Shown here: positions 8,795 through 19,104 of the stretch, in pieces
Layout: every line of letters starts with the position of its first letter
Numbering within the stretch: the stretch's first letter is position 1
Virus record (IMG/VR): IMGVR_UViG_3300026488_000018
Coordinates: 25,721-89,720 of that record
Direction: 5' to 3' (one strand)
Origin: a virus
DNA length: 64,000 nt
Program-made: the position numbers and the translations under genes
Notes under the pieces: model-generated
What the model was told of the DNA's origin: nothing
Seen by the model: the letters and a program-made list of their open reading frames with translations, nothing else
Databases searched by the model: none

Positions 8795-11431
8795 ATGGAA
8801 GAACTGAAAAAAATTGATATTCTGGGGAGTAGTAACGATAGATTGATTGCGGGTTGGGCGAGCGTTGAGGTTGTAGATAGGCAGGGACAGATTGTTCCAA
8901 TTGATGAACTAAATAAGGCGCTTTTGAGGTATAGTATTAGAGGCGCACCGCTTAATTATGGGCATAAAAACCACCAGGTTGGGCGTGTTATTAATTGGTA
9001 TATAATGAAACACCCGAAGACGGGTAAGTGGGGTGTTTACATTATAGGCTACATATTTAGCGGTGAGAAGATATATGATGTTGTTTGGGAGGCGATTAAA
9101 GACGGAACTCTAACAGGTTTCAGCATTGCCGGTATTGCAAATAGGAAGGAGTATGATATTGTTGATGGGAGGAGTGTTGAGGTGTTGAGAGATATCACAA
9201 TTACAGAGATAAGTGTGGTTGAGAAGCCAGCGAACCCCGAAGCTCTTATTGAGGAGATTAATAAGTTTGCTAAGAGCGGAGATGATTCGGTTATCCGTAT
9301 AATGGGTGCAAGTTTTACTAAGGGTATTATTGATGATGCGGTTAATGTTGCCAAGGAGAACGGTGTTAACGAAGAAATTGTCGCTGATATAGTCGAAGAG
9401 GCACTGAGAAAGTTCATCTGCGGTATTGCCAAGCAGTATGACAGCAAGGTGATGGCAGTATTTGATAATGAGAAGGATGCGTTTGCGTATGCCATTGAGA
9501 AGGGAGGATTTGTGATTCCGAGTTATGATGGAAAGTTTTTAGTTGTAAGAGATAAAGCACATTTTGATGTTAAGGAAGACGAGAAGATGTATATAGAAGA
9601 GTTGGATATGGGCGTAGAGAAGGTTAAAGTTGATGTTGATATGAAAGATGAAGAATTTGAGAAGAGTGAGGGCCCGGTTACAGTTAGTTCAGAGGGAATG
9701 ATGAACCCTACTTATGGAAGCAAGTGGTTAAAGAATAAGGACGAGAAGTCGAATGTGATAGGCGAAGTGATTATGAATCTTATCAGGATTAAGAAAGAGT
9801 TTAAGGATAATGAGTCGGTGTATTATTTGATTGATGATATGATTTTTAAGCTGCACGATTTGGTTGGTGGTGATGAGATGGTTAAAAGTATTGAAAGTGA
9901 TGATGATTTGAGGAGAATTTTGGTAGGTCTCCTCGATGAGGCTAAAAAATTGAGGGGATTTGTGTATAAACATACAGAAAGTCTGGCATATAAAGGTATG
10001 GCTGATGATATTGTTAAGACGTTTGAACATCTGATTGAGGAACTTGATAGCGGGCAGATTGAGGTTGCTAAGGGTGAACTTACAAAGGATGAACTGTTGA
10101 GAATATTAAGAGGAATTCTTGATGAAGCAAAGAAGATTGCTGGTTTTATTAGAGACCACACTGAGAGCGGGGCATACAGGGGAATGGCTGAAGACGTTGT
10201 AAATGGTTTAAGGGCGCTCATTGGCGACGTTGAACGCAGTATTATTCAGGTTAGGAAGGATAGTGGTGTAGCTGATGATGATATGAAGATTAAGGAAGAA
10301 GCAGAGAAGCTTAAGACAAAAATCGAGGAGATAAACGAGGTGTTTAGTAAGCAGGATGAGGGCAGGAATAGGATGATGATGATGTACGGAAGTATTATGC
10401 AGAGCATTGTCGATGAATTGGAAGCTATAATCTTTTATGCTGACGTCGCGGCAATGTTTGATATGTTTGGGTATGACGAAATTGCGGCGAATGTGAGGAG
10501 TGTTATTAGTGAGGAGCTAGAGCATGTTAGGGAGTTTACGGCGATGCTCGAGAAACTTGCTATTGGCGATAAACCAATTAAGGAAATTGAAACAAATGAG
10601 GAAGTTGCAGTTCCCACCCCCGACCAGGGTATTGTTGAAGTGAGCAAGAAGGAAAGAGGTGAGCACAAGAAGTGTATGGAGCGGTATTATAATTTTGAAG
10701 AAGGCCATTTCAAGGGTAGAGAGGGAACGGGTGAAAGGTTCGATAATTGTGTAAAAGCCCAGATGCATTGTAATGGGAAGAGTAGAGAAGAGGCTGAAAA
10801 GATATGTGGTATGATTGCTCGCAGGAAAGGTTATGCTGGCGGAAAGAAGGTTAAGAAGGGTAAGATTGATGAAATAAAAGCGAGACTTGAAGAAGTTAGA
10901 AAGGCGGCGAAGAAGAACTGTCGGAAGCGGTATTATGATGAAGATAGAGGACATTTCCGCGAGATGACTTGTCCAGATGACCCAAATGAGAAAAGTAGGT
11001 TCTGTGGTTGTGTCAGGTATCAGATGAACTGCAATGGTAAGTCTTTGGAGGAAGCTAAGGAGATATGCGGATATATAAGGTTCCATGTTAAGAAGAGTGT
11101 TGAAACTGAACTTAATATGCTTCTTGTGAAGCTGAGGGTTGCAAAGGCAAGGAAGACTGGGCACCGTAAGGGTAAGACTGAAGCACAGCGTCGAAGGGAG
11201 AGAAAACAGCAAGGTCCTGGTCGTCCTAAAGACCCTTGTCGACAGCGTTTTGTTGATAAGAATGGTTTTTACAGAAAGATGACTGACCCAAAGAACCCAA
11301 GTAAACCCGCGAGCGAGTTTTGGGGGTGTGTGAGATATGCAATGGAATGCAAGAAAATGTCATACGAAGAAGCGAAGAGTTGGTGTGGTAAGGCGAAGTA
11401 CGATGCTGTTGAGGGCGGCGGTGAGGCGTGA
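8795..11431 (+). CDS. HK97-type prohead protease fused to repeated, ferritin-like and Cys-rich domains
   Basis: N-terminal IAGWASVEVVDRQG, LNYGH, GFSIAG, EISVVEKPANPEA (HK97/assemblin protease motifs); about 720-aa C-terminal extension with internal repeats. Confidence 0.88.
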   Translation: MEELKKIDILGSSNDRLIAGWASVEVVDRQGQIVPIDELNKALLRYSIRGAPLNYGHKNHQVGRVINWYIMKHPKTGKWGVYIIGYIFSGEKIYDVVWEAIKDGTLTGFSIAGIANRKEYDIVDGRSVEVLRDITITEISVVEKPANPEALIEEINKFAKSGDDSVIRIMGASFTKGIIDDAVNVAKENGVNEEIVADIVEEALRKFICGIAKQYDSKVMAVFDNEKDAFAYAIEKGGFVIPSYDGKFLVVRDKAHFDVKEDEKMYIEELDMGVEKVKVDVDMKDEEFEKSEGPVTVSSEGMMNPTYGSKWLKNKDEKSNVIGEVIMNLIRIKKEFKDNESVYYLIDDMIFKLHDLVGGDEMVKSIESDDDLRRILVGLLDEAKKLRGFVYKHTESLAYKGMADDIVKTFEHLIEELDSGQIEVAKGELTKDELLRILRGILDEAKKIAGFIRDHTESGAYRGMAEDVVNGLRALIGDVERSIIQVRKDSGVADDDMKIKEEAEKLKTKIEEINEVFSKQDEGRNRMMMMYGSIMQSIVDELEAIIFYADVAAMFDMFGYDEIAANVRSVISEELEHVREFTAMLEKLAIGDKPIKEIETNEEVAVPTPDQGIVEVSKKERGEHKKCMERYYNFEEGHFKGREGTGERFDNCVKAQMHCNGKSREEAEKICGMIARRKGYAGGKKVKKGKIDEIKARLEEVRKAAKKNCRKRYYDEDRGHFREMTCPDDPNEKSRFCGCVRYQMNCNGKSLEEAKEICGYIRFHVKKSVETELNMLLVKLRVAKARKTGHRKGKTEAQRRRERKQQGPGRPKDPCRQRFVDKNGFYRKMTDPKNPSKPASEFWGCVRYAMECKKMSYEEAKSWCGKAKYDAVEGGGEA

Positions 11432-11469
11432 TTTAAATATTTGTTTCCAATTTTTATTGGTGATGAATT

Positions 11470-11760
11470 ATGAATGAAGGTATTAAGTCACTGGAAAAAC
11501 GAGGTGCTAAGAGGTTTGTATTGTGGTTGGTATATTTGATTTTCGCCTTTATGTGGAATGTAAATAACGTTGATAATTTCTATAGCGGTGCGGGGTTGAG
11601 TTTGATTGCATTATCAGTGTTTACTGTAATCGATGAGAAAATAAAAGAGGGATATTTCTTTGACCCGAAGGATTTGAAGGGTAAAGGGTGGACACACGAG
11701 AAACTGGTATTCTGGTCCGCAGTTTTCGGCGCGGTATTGCTTATGATTGGTGGGGTGTGA
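11470..11760 (+). CDS. small membrane protein
   Basis: three hydrophobic segments in 96 aa. Confidence 0.65.
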   Translation: MNEGIKSLEKRGAKRFVLWLVYLIFAFMWNVNNVDNFYSGAGLSLIALSVFTVIDEKIKEGYFFDPKDLKGKGWTHEKLVFWSAVFGAVLLMIGGV

Positions 11761-12286
11761 TGTTATGGGGATTGGAAATCCTACTCTTCGTGAATATTTG
11801 AGTGTATTGGAGCGGTATGGGAGTTATATGGGCAGAAAAATTGATGAGGGTAAGTTGTTTAAAGTGTATAGACGTGTGCAAGTTAATCCAAACGGAAGTT
11901 ATAATCTTTACATCGATAATTCGACAAGCGATAGCGATGTTATAATTTCAATTCTTATTATTGAGGCTGATGGTAAAGCAAGTATAAACGTGTATAAGGA
12001 CGTTAATATTAATAGTTATGGAAGCGAGGTTACACCGGAACCATTTGTTATAGGAGATGAATTGACGATTGCGACGAAGTTCTATGAAAATGTGGATTAT
12101 AGTGGTGGGGTTCTTATTGATGGTGGACAGATTCAGTCTACACGGGGCAGACGCGGTATTGGCGGAGACCAGGAGTTTAATGTGTTTTTTAAGATAAGAG
12201 CCGGGAAGTCTTTATTGATTGAAGTTGAGAATTTGGATTCTGTTAGTATTAGAGTTGATGTTAAATTAATTGCTCATGAGGGGTGA
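11747..12286 (+). CDS. putative virion structural protein (beta-rich); probable start 11764
   Basis: beta-strand-rich sequence inside the structural module. Confidence 0.5.
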   Translation: MVGCDVMGIGNPTLREYLSVLERYGSYMGRKIDEGKLFKVYRRVQVNPNGSYNLYIDNSTSDSDVIISILIIEADGKASINVYKDVNINSYGSEVTPEPFVIGDELTIATKFYENVDYSGGVLIDGGQIQSTRGRRGIGGDQEFNVFFKIRAGKSLLIEVENLDSVSIRVDVKLIAHEG

Positions 12287-12486
12287 TGGTATTGAACGTT
12301 AAAGAGATTGCTGAGCTGGTGGCTCTGGTCAGTGACGATATAGCGGCGCTGGTATTAATAATCGTTGGTTCGTATATTGCTATTAAGATGGATTATGATA
12401 ACGGCAGCGCGTTGATTAGTTTGGGTGTTGCGTATTTGTTTGGTAGCCACGTTCCTAAAAAGCCTAAGTCCCGGGGTGAGAATTAA
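12283..12486 (+). CDS. small two-TM protein (holin-like)
   Basis: two hydrophobic helices and basic C-terminus (PKKPKSR). Confidence 0.5.
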   Translation: MMVLNVKEIAELVALVSDDIAALVLIIVGSYIAIKMDYDNGSALISLGVAYLFGSHVPKKPKSRGEN

Positions 12487-14018
12487 TGGTTGGCAAGTTG
12501 AGATTGTATAATGATAATAGGACGAAACTACGCGAACTGTATTATGATGATACTAAAGGTATTGGAATGAGGGATGAGGTCGGTAATGAGTATGACATTG
12601 TTAGGGGGGCTTATGATTACATTATTTATGGCGAAGACATTGATGGCGATGGTATAGTAGATGTTGTCTATGCGAAGAATGGACGCACGGGGAAGATTGA
12701 ATTTGAGGGTGAAACAATATCGTATATATTAGATAAAATTTTCAATGTTAGTGAAAAGATAAACATATTATTGAGAGATGGCGTTTATGTAGCGGATAGC
12801 ACTATTAATATATCGAATAAGAATACTGTGCATATTGAGGGTGTAGGTGATGTGAGAATTGAGTGGCGCGGGAGTATGGATGATTTAAAGATTGTGAGGG
12901 TTGAAGATGTAGATAAATTTATTATTAGAAATATAGTGTTTGCAAATGTTCCACAATGGGGAGTATCGATTGGTCCGGCTTCAACGAGTAAGGGTAAGTA
13001 TGCTATAGTTGATGGTGTTAGAGTGTATGGTTCTGGATACTATACATTGGGGACGGCATTGTCAATTTGGAATTATGAGAATATTATAGTAAATAATTGT
13101 TATGTGTATGGAATGGATGATGTTATACAAATAAAGTCAACATCAAGAAAAATCAGTAATGTTTATATCATTGATAATGTTTTTGTTGATGGACGAGTAG
13201 AAGTTGGATTATCTGAAATTGATATTGATAATGTTTTTGTTGCAAATAATGTATTTGTTTCGGATAGTGAACCAACATATTTACGTTTAGAACCGAAGTT
13301 AGGGAATGTTGTTGTCAGTTCGAATATATTTGTTGCCGTCAATGAAACACATTCATATGCTGTTAGGGTTGAACGTAACGGTGTTAATGGAGAAATTTCG
13401 AATATTAATATTAGTGGGAATGTAATTGATACATATTATTTGCCAGCGCTGTATATCAATGTTGAAGATGGGATGAGCGTTGGGACGGTTAAATTTTCTG
13501 ATAATATTATTAGTGGAGTTGTTGAAACAGGTATGATACATGTAGAGAATTATGGTACGTTTGATACATTAGAAATTGTTAATAACATTTTTAATTATAG
13601 TGATAGTATTTACAACCCAAGTGTAAAGATTTATGGTGATAACCCCATAAGGTTTGTAAAAATTTGTGATAATAAATTCAAATGCACATCATCATATGTG
13701 AATATTTTTGATAGAATAATTAATATACCAGAATTTTTGTTTTTGTGTAGGAATATCGTTGAATCATTTGATGGTGAAATATTTAGGACTGAAAACAGTG
13801 GTACTACAACTTTCTCTGGTGATGGTACTACTACTCAGTTTGTAATAGCACATGGTTTAGTCTCGATGCCAAGTAAAGTTCAAGTCACTCCAATGAGCGC
13901 CGATGCGGTAGGTCCGTTTTATGTTACCGCAGATGAAACTAACATTTATGTGAACTATACTACTGCCCCACCAAGCGGAACAAACAATATTAAACTAAGC
14001 TGGTACGCAGAGGTGTGA
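12486..14018 (+). CDS. tail spike / receptor-binding protein, parallel beta-helix
   Basis: Asn/Ile/Val-rich PbH1-like repeats; C-terminal GDGTTTQFVIAHGL..P..V.VTP domain; N-terminal block shared with 14451..15896. Confidence 0.75.
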   Translation: MVGKLRLYNDNRTKLRELYYDDTKGIGMRDEVGNEYDIVRGAYDYIIYGEDIDGDGIVDVVYAKNGRTGKIEFEGETISYILDKIFNVSEKINILLRDGVYVADSTINISNKNTVHIEGVGDVRIEWRGSMDDLKIVRVEDVDKFIIRNIVFANVPQWGVSIGPASTSKGKYAIVDGVRVYGSGYYTLGTALSIWNYENIIVNNCYVYGMDDVIQIKSTSRKISNVYIIDNVFVDGRVEVGLSEIDIDNVFVANNVFVSDSEPTYLRLEPKLGNVVVSSNIFVAVNETHSYAVRVERNGVNGEISNINISGNVIDTYYLPALYINVEDGMSVGTVKFSDNIISGVVETGMIHVENYGTFDTLEIVNNIFNYSDSIYNPSVKIYGDNPIRFVKICDNKFKCTSSYVNIFDRIINIPEFLFLCRNIVESFDGEIFRTENSGTTTFSGDGTTTQFVIAHGLVSMPSKVQVTPMSADAVGPFYVTADETNIYVNYTTAPPSGTNNIKLSWYAEV

Positions 14019-14185
14019 ATAAGTGGCTATCTATACTAAATTGCGTATTACTTATGATGAGTTGAAGGTTGTATAATTTAATTTGAAGTAATGCGGGTGG
14101 GTAGTAAAGTTAACCGGGGATGATGATTTTATTGAGGGTGCGTTTTTAACTCTTTTTTATGTATTTTTATCAGGGGTGATAGTAA

Positions 14186-14470
14186 ATGAGTTATATTCCA
14201 TTGAAGAGGGTTTTGGATGTTCTTAATTTGTTTAAGTTTGATAAGGAGAGTTATGTAAAAACAAGCGTTAGGCCGAAATTGGAGGTTCATGATGAGGAAA
14301 TTGCAAGTGATGAGGTTTTGGCTGTTGCAAGCGGAGACGAGGTGGCGTTTAATAATTTGAAGGTTGATGGACGCATGATTGTAAAAGGCGCAGTGGATGT
14401 TGTCGGTGACATAGAGATAACCGGAACACTGGACATAATCGACGACGGTATTGTTAATGTCGGTTTGTGA
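14186..14470 (+). CDS. small structural protein with short beta-solenoid C-terminus
   Basis: LKVDG/MIVKG/VDVVG/IEITG 6-aa repeats; sits between the two spikes. Confidence 0.55.
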   Translation: MSYIPLKRVLDVLNLFKFDKESYVKTSVRPKLEVHDEEIASDEVLAVASGDEVAFNNLKVDGRMIVKGAVDVVGDIEITGTLDIIDDGIVNVGL

Positions 14471-15896
14471 GGTGATTGCTGTGAGTGAGTTGAGATTTAT
14501 CGGCGAAAGTGGAACGATTCAGAAAAAGTTTGTGCTAGATGAGGTTAACAATCAGCTTAAGATGGTTGATATCCCGAGCGGAAAGGAGGTTTATTTGAAC
14601 CAACCAGTGAATGTGTATGATTACATAATTTTTGGCGAGGATACAAACGGCGATGGCATCGTGGATATTATCTATGCTAAGAATGGCAAAACAGGAGAGA
14701 TTGAATTCGAGAGTGGTAACGCGAGAGAAGTTGTGCAGTATGCGTTGGATAATGGGAGAAATGTGTATGTTGCTAATGGAAAATATTATATTGATTCAAC
14801 AATAAAGATGTTATCTGATAGAGTTTTAGTGTTCGAGAGTAGAGATGCAAAATTTTATACGGATAGTGCAATTACTATGGTTGAAATAAGTAGTGTTGGG
14901 TATGACCCAGATATTGGCATATATTCAACAAAGGGTATTTTTGGTGGAACTCTAGATGGTGGAGGAGTTGCAAATCTTGTAAAGATTGTTGACGTAGAGG
15001 AGGCGATAATAAGAGGAACCGCAATGATTAATTTTGTTGATGGTATTGAAATAACAGCTCAAGATTATTGGAGTGAATGGACAAAGATAGAGGATGTGAT
15101 ATTTAGGAACTATTCTGGTTGGGCAATAAAATATACGCCTACGTCAGGGAGTGGAACAGACAGTAGGGGTGATTCATATCTAGCAAGAATTAGAGCAGAC
15201 CCTCTGGGAGGTGGAGGAGGGTTAATAAAGGTGGAGACAGGTGTAAACGCAGGAAGCATGGTGGCAGTAGATTTGGTCTTTTTTAATAGAGGACAGTATA
15301 TGATATATAGCGATGGGAGATTAGATGAAAGTGTTTTTATAAAAGTGCGGATGGAAGACCATTCTCCTAGCGGTAAAGAGTTGCTGTATTTTGATAATAA
15401 TCATATTGGATATGTGGAAATGATTTCAGTTGGTATTGGTCCGATGTTGCTTGGTAATTTTACTGATTATTTTGTATGTAACCAAGGTGGTGTTGAGATA
15501 ATTAATAGAGATACTCAATATATCATTGGCGTTGGTAGATACAAATATATTGTAGGAGCACAAGGAGATACGAGAATAACATTTGCTGGAAATGCTAACA
15601 TGACCTCAGGTAACTGGGTGTTTGATGTTAGGGATGATATAGTGAGTAATAAGTCGTTATTCCACATTACTCACGGCGGAGCTGTATATCTTGGTGCACA
15701 AGATTATTCAGATACAGTAGTAATGAATAGGTTGAGGTTTGCGAGCACAACACGACCACATTTTAATATCGTAGCAAGAAATACTCCCCCGAGTAATCCC
15801 GCGGTTGGAGATATATACTTAGATGATGGAACAAATACAGCAGATGGTAAGCCTCATTTTAGGTATTGGGATGGAACACAATGGGTGGACTTGTGA
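14451..15896 (+). CDS. second tail spike / receptor-binding protein; probable start GTG 14481
   Basis: YDYIIFGEDTNGDGIVDIIYAKNGKTGEIEFESG shared with 12486 ORF; pectate-lyase-like start (VVQYALD..VYVANGKY); C-terminal PSNPAVGDIYLD..RYWDGTQWVDL. Confidence 0.75.
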   Translation: MLMSVCEVIAVSELRFIGESGTIQKKFVLDEVNNQLKMVDIPSGKEVYLNQPVNVYDYIIFGEDTNGDGIVDIIYAKNGKTGEIEFESGNAREVVQYALDNGRNVYVANGKYYIDSTIKMLSDRVLVFESRDAKFYTDSAITMVEISSVGYDPDIGIYSTKGIFGGTLDGGGVANLVKIVDVEEAIIRGTAMINFVDGIEITAQDYWSEWTKIEDVIFRNYSGWAIKYTPTSGSGTDSRGDSYLARIRADPLGGGGGLIKVETGVNAGSMVAVDLVFFNRGQYMIYSDGRLDESVFIKVRMEDHSPSGKELLYFDNNHIGYVEMISVGIGPMLLGNFTDYFVCNQGGVEIINRDTQYIIGVGRYKYIVGAQGDTRITFAGNANMTSGNWVFDVRDDIVSNKSLFHITHGGAVYLGAQDYSDTVVMNRLRFASTTRPHFNIVARNTPPSNPAVGDIYLDDGTNTADGKPHFRYWDGTQWVDL

Positions 15897-16045
15897 GGTA
15901 ATGGTATATGGTATTGGGTTGGATGAAGAGTACTAATGATGACAATCTAATCTTTCCTATTTATATTGGTTTTACAGTCTAGGCTATTTTTTCTTCATAT
16001 TTAAATGAATGTGGTGAAATTTAAATGGTAGGTTTCACGGGGTGA

Positions 16046-16585
16046 TTGTATATGCCTGAGGAAGAGAAGGTTGAGGTTATGCCCACCGAGGAGGAGCAGA
16101 CTCTGCCTGTTGAGGATAATAAGGTTGAAACTAAGACTGATAATGAGATTGAGGAGATTCTTGAGAAGATTCAGGATATAGTTGCTGAGCTTGCTGACCT
16201 TGTTGCACAGGCAACTCAGCTTCAGGCCAGTGATGTTAACATTAGCGAGGAAATCGAGGAGAGCCTGAAGGGTATTGTCAGAGCGGAGCTTAATGCGTTT
16301 AAGGATGAGATTGTTAAGGCTGTTAAGGAAGAGCTCATTTCGCTCGGTATTCCTGAGAGTTATAGTGAGCTTAAGAGGAAGGATGAGGAGAAGGCTCCGG
16401 AGGGAACTGATAAGGTCGAGGTTAGTGAGAAGGAGCTTGGTAAGCTTGAGCCGGAAGTTCTTAAGGCTGCGCCGAAGAATGTTACCGGCGGGGAGGATGA
16501 GCTTTCTGTTAGAATGATGATTGTTGAGAAGATTATGAAGGGTGAGATTAAGAACCCGTTTGAGGCTTACAAGTATATAAGGTGA
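16046..16585 (+). CDS. capsid scaffolding protein (putative); probable start ATG 16052
   Basis: acidic coiled-coil protein immediately upstream of the major capsid gene. Confidence 0.65.
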   Translation: MYMPEEEKVEVMPTEEEQTLPVEDNKVETKTDNEIEEILEKIQDIVAELADLVAQATQLQASDVNISEEIEESLKGIVRAELNAFKDEIVKAVKEELISLGIPESYSELKRKDEEKAPEGTDKVEVSEKELGKLEPEVLKAAPKNVTGGEDELSVRMMIVEKIMKGEIKNPFEAYKYIR

Positions 16586-16590
16586 TTTAA

Positions 16591-17766
16591 ATGGTGTGGA
16601 GTGTTATTTCTGAAAAGGAGATAGCTGCGTTTTATGCTGGTGGAGATAGTATATTTAACGGGGCGTTCGATATTGCTAAAGCCGATGGTACCGTTAATTC
16701 TGAGCTTATTCCTAATTATCGTAACATAGTTTATGGTCCGCGCATTTGGAGAGCTCTTAACGTTGAGAGTAATGCGTTTGGTATTCTTCCTAAGACGACT
16801 TGGCCGAGCTCTGGTTGGCGTGTGAAGACTGATTTTGCTTACCAGAGCAGTGAGATTGCTATTGGTGAGACTGACAGCTTTGGTACTCCGAAGTATCCGC
16901 CGATACAGGTTGTTAGGGCGCAGCCAAAGATAGCGCTTGTTACGTTCGAGATTAGCGATGTCATGGAGGCGCTTGCTGAGGTTTCGCAGGATGACGTTGT
17001 TGGTACCGCGGAGCAGCTTCGTGTCGATATGGGTACTGAGTTTGTTAAGATGGTTAATAGGGAGCTTCTTAGGAAGGTTATTGGTAGCGCCACTGATGGA
17101 AGTGATTCTGAGGGTTCTGAGCCTGCAACGAGGTTTACTTCGCTTGATAGGGCTGTCGCGAGCCATGCGGAGGCACAGGCTTTTGGTTCCCCGGAGAGTG
17201 CGACTGTTTACGGTATTGACAGAGCGAGCGCTCCTTGGATGGATTCAGTTGTTAAGTTCGACACGAATGGTCTCGAACTTACGGATGAGCTGATAAGGCA
17301 GACTCTCGCTGAGGTTAAGAAGAATGGTGCTAACACTAATGTTATACTCACCGGTTACGATACTTATGCGAAGCTCCTCGGTATTTACATGAACTTTGTT
17401 AGGTATCTACCGGCTATGACTGAGACGCAGGTTCAGTTCGGTGTTAACGGTATTCAGACTGCGAAGGGTATTGACGCGGGTGTGAAAGTTGCTGCCCTTT
17501 ATGGAATTCCAGTGATACAGTCTGTTGATGTTCCAAGTGATGGTAACGGTTATCTGCAGAGGATGTATATGCTTGACCTTACTGACCCCGAGGGATATGG
17601 AATACCGCGCGGAAGTTTCTCAATACTTAGGCCGCCGAGCTATCTTGAGAGCAACAACTTCGTCCTGATGCAGAAGGTTGTAAGGCGTGGAGCGTACTAT
17701 ATGGCGGGTGAGCTGACTATAAGGCTGCCGCGCATGAACGCGAAGATAAGGTCAATCCTCGAGTGA
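16591..17766 (+). CDS. major capsid protein, HK97 fold
   Basis: 391 aa; NIVYGPRIWRALN..NAFGILPKTTWPSSGWRV, ALYGIPVIQS; position after protease and scaffold; strongly biased codon use; T-rich terminator after stop. Confidence 0.85.
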   Translation: MVWSVISEKEIAAFYAGGDSIFNGAFDIAKADGTVNSELIPNYRNIVYGPRIWRALNVESNAFGILPKTTWPSSGWRVKTDFAYQSSEIAIGETDSFGTPKYPPIQVVRAQPKIALVTFEISDVMEALAEVSQDDVVGTAEQLRVDMGTEFVKMVNRELLRKVIGSATDGSDSEGSEPATRFTSLDRAVASHAEAQAFGSPESATVYGIDRASAPWMDSVVKFDTNGLELTDELIRQTLAEVKKNGANTNVILTGYDTYAKLLGIYMNFVRYLPAMTETQVQFGVNGIQTAKGIDAGVKVAALYGIPVIQSVDVPSDGNGYLQRMYMLDLTDPEGYGIPRGSFSILRPPSYLESNNFVLMQKVVRRGAYYMAGELTIRLPRMNAKIRSILE

Positions 17767-17800
17767 TTTCGTGTTTTCTCACTATTTATTTTTCTTGAAT
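17767..17800 (+). terminator. oligo-T archaeal terminator after major capsid gene
   Basis: tttcgtgttttctcactatttatttttc immediately after stop. Confidence 0.5.
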
Positions 17801-17987
17801 TTTGTGGATTTTAGTTCTGTTTTTGAGTGATACGTTTTAGAAAAGCTTCGGTGAATTTATAGTAAATTACGCGACAGTGTTGGCTGTTTATATGTAAAAC
17901 AGAAAATGATTTTTGATGACTTCGCAGCAGATTATTCACAGCGTTGCTTTTTAAATCTTTTTGCGGTATTATTATTGGTGAGGAGGA

Positions 17988-18752
17988 GTGAGATTTGATG
18001 TTCCGTATGATAAGCTTTATGTGACTCCTGATGAGATTAGGGCTTGGCTTGGTCTGGAGGATGAGGAAAAACTTAGTGATGAAATTCTGGTTGATTTAAT
18101 AATGGAAAAGATGGAATATGTCGACAATATTACCGATACAACTTGGAATGGCCGTATTAGAAAGGCAAGGGAGATTCATGATATTGGTAAATGGAAGGGT
18201 GGTTTCTGGTGGGGCGCTGGTGTTGAGATTCCATTAGCAAAGAGGTTTATTCGCGCGTTTGAGAAGATTAACGTGTTGTGGACAACAATTTGGGAGAACT
18301 TTGTTGTTACGCGCCGCGAGGGTCGCAATATCGGTGACTGGTGGGCTGATTACGATAACGGGGTATTGTATTTAAAGGCTTGGGTGATTTATCAGGGTGG
18401 TCGTGAGGTTGTTGTTGAGTACTATTATGGTTCAGATAGACTTCCGTTTGAGATAAGGGAGTTGACTAAGCTTTTGGTTATTCGCGATTTGATTTGGCGT
18501 GATTTCTTTGCGTTTGCGATTCCAGACGGAGCAAACGCTTCTCTTAGATATAGGGAACTTTTGGACCAAATTAATGACCGTATTTTGTATCTTGAGGAGT
18601 TGTATAGAAGTGTTAAACCCGCACAGGTGGTTGTCAAAGAATTAGGTGAATTTAGTGAGTTACCGGATATTCCCAAGTGTTGCGGTATGGATGCGGAGGA
18701 AGAAGGTTCAGGTGGTGAGTCTGGTGTAAACACTTCATACGGAGGGTGGTAA
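17988..18752 (+). CDS. head-tail adaptor/connector (gp6/gp15-like)
   Basis: YVTPDEIRAWLG..., VVVEYYYGSDRLPFEIRELTKLL pattern typical of head-completion proteins; follows major capsid gene. Confidence 0.65.
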   Translation: MRFDVPYDKLYVTPDEIRAWLGLEDEEKLSDEILVDLIMEKMEYVDNITDTTWNGRIRKAREIHDIGKWKGGFWWGAGVEIPLAKRFIRAFEKINVLWTTIWENFVVTRREGRNIGDWWADYDNGVLYLKAWVIYQGGREVVVEYYYGSDRLPFEIRELTKLLVIRDLIWRDFFAFAIPDGANASLRYRELLDQINDRILYLEELYRSVKPAQVVVKELGEFSELPDIPKCCGMDAEEEGSGGESGVNTSYGGW

Positions 18753-18753
18753 A

Positions 18754-19104
18754 ATGAAAAAAGATTTGGTTATTATTCCTCCGGGGGCAAAAAAGGCGGG
18801 TAACGTTATAATCGAGATGAAGAGGAGTTTGGGTGATTTTAATTATATTTTGGTGGACTATAATATAGACGATTTTTCGGATGAAAATAAGGTTAGAAGG
18901 GGAATTAAAGTTCTCAGAAAAAAGATATTAGGCGAAATATTTAAGAATCCCCCTCGAAGAATCATATTATACGCGAGCGGTTCATGCTGGTACATTGCAG
19001 TGATTGCGACGGTATTGTCTAATGCAGGTATTGATTATGAAATTTGGACGTTTGAGCGGAAGGTGGATAAACCAGTTAAGACGGTGGAGGCGAAAGATAT
19101 TTAA
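18754..19104 (+). CDS. small Rossmann-like protein (possible CARF/SAVED-related)
   Basis: IILYASGS..IAVIATVL...YEIWTFER loosely resembles CARF/SAVED C-terminal elements. Confidence 0.3.
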   Translation: MKKDLVIIPPGAKKAGNVIIEMKRSLGDFNYILVDYNIDDFSDENKVRRGIKVLRKKILGEIFKNPPRRIILYASGSCWYIAVIATVLSNAGIDYEIWTFERKVDKPVKTVEAKDI

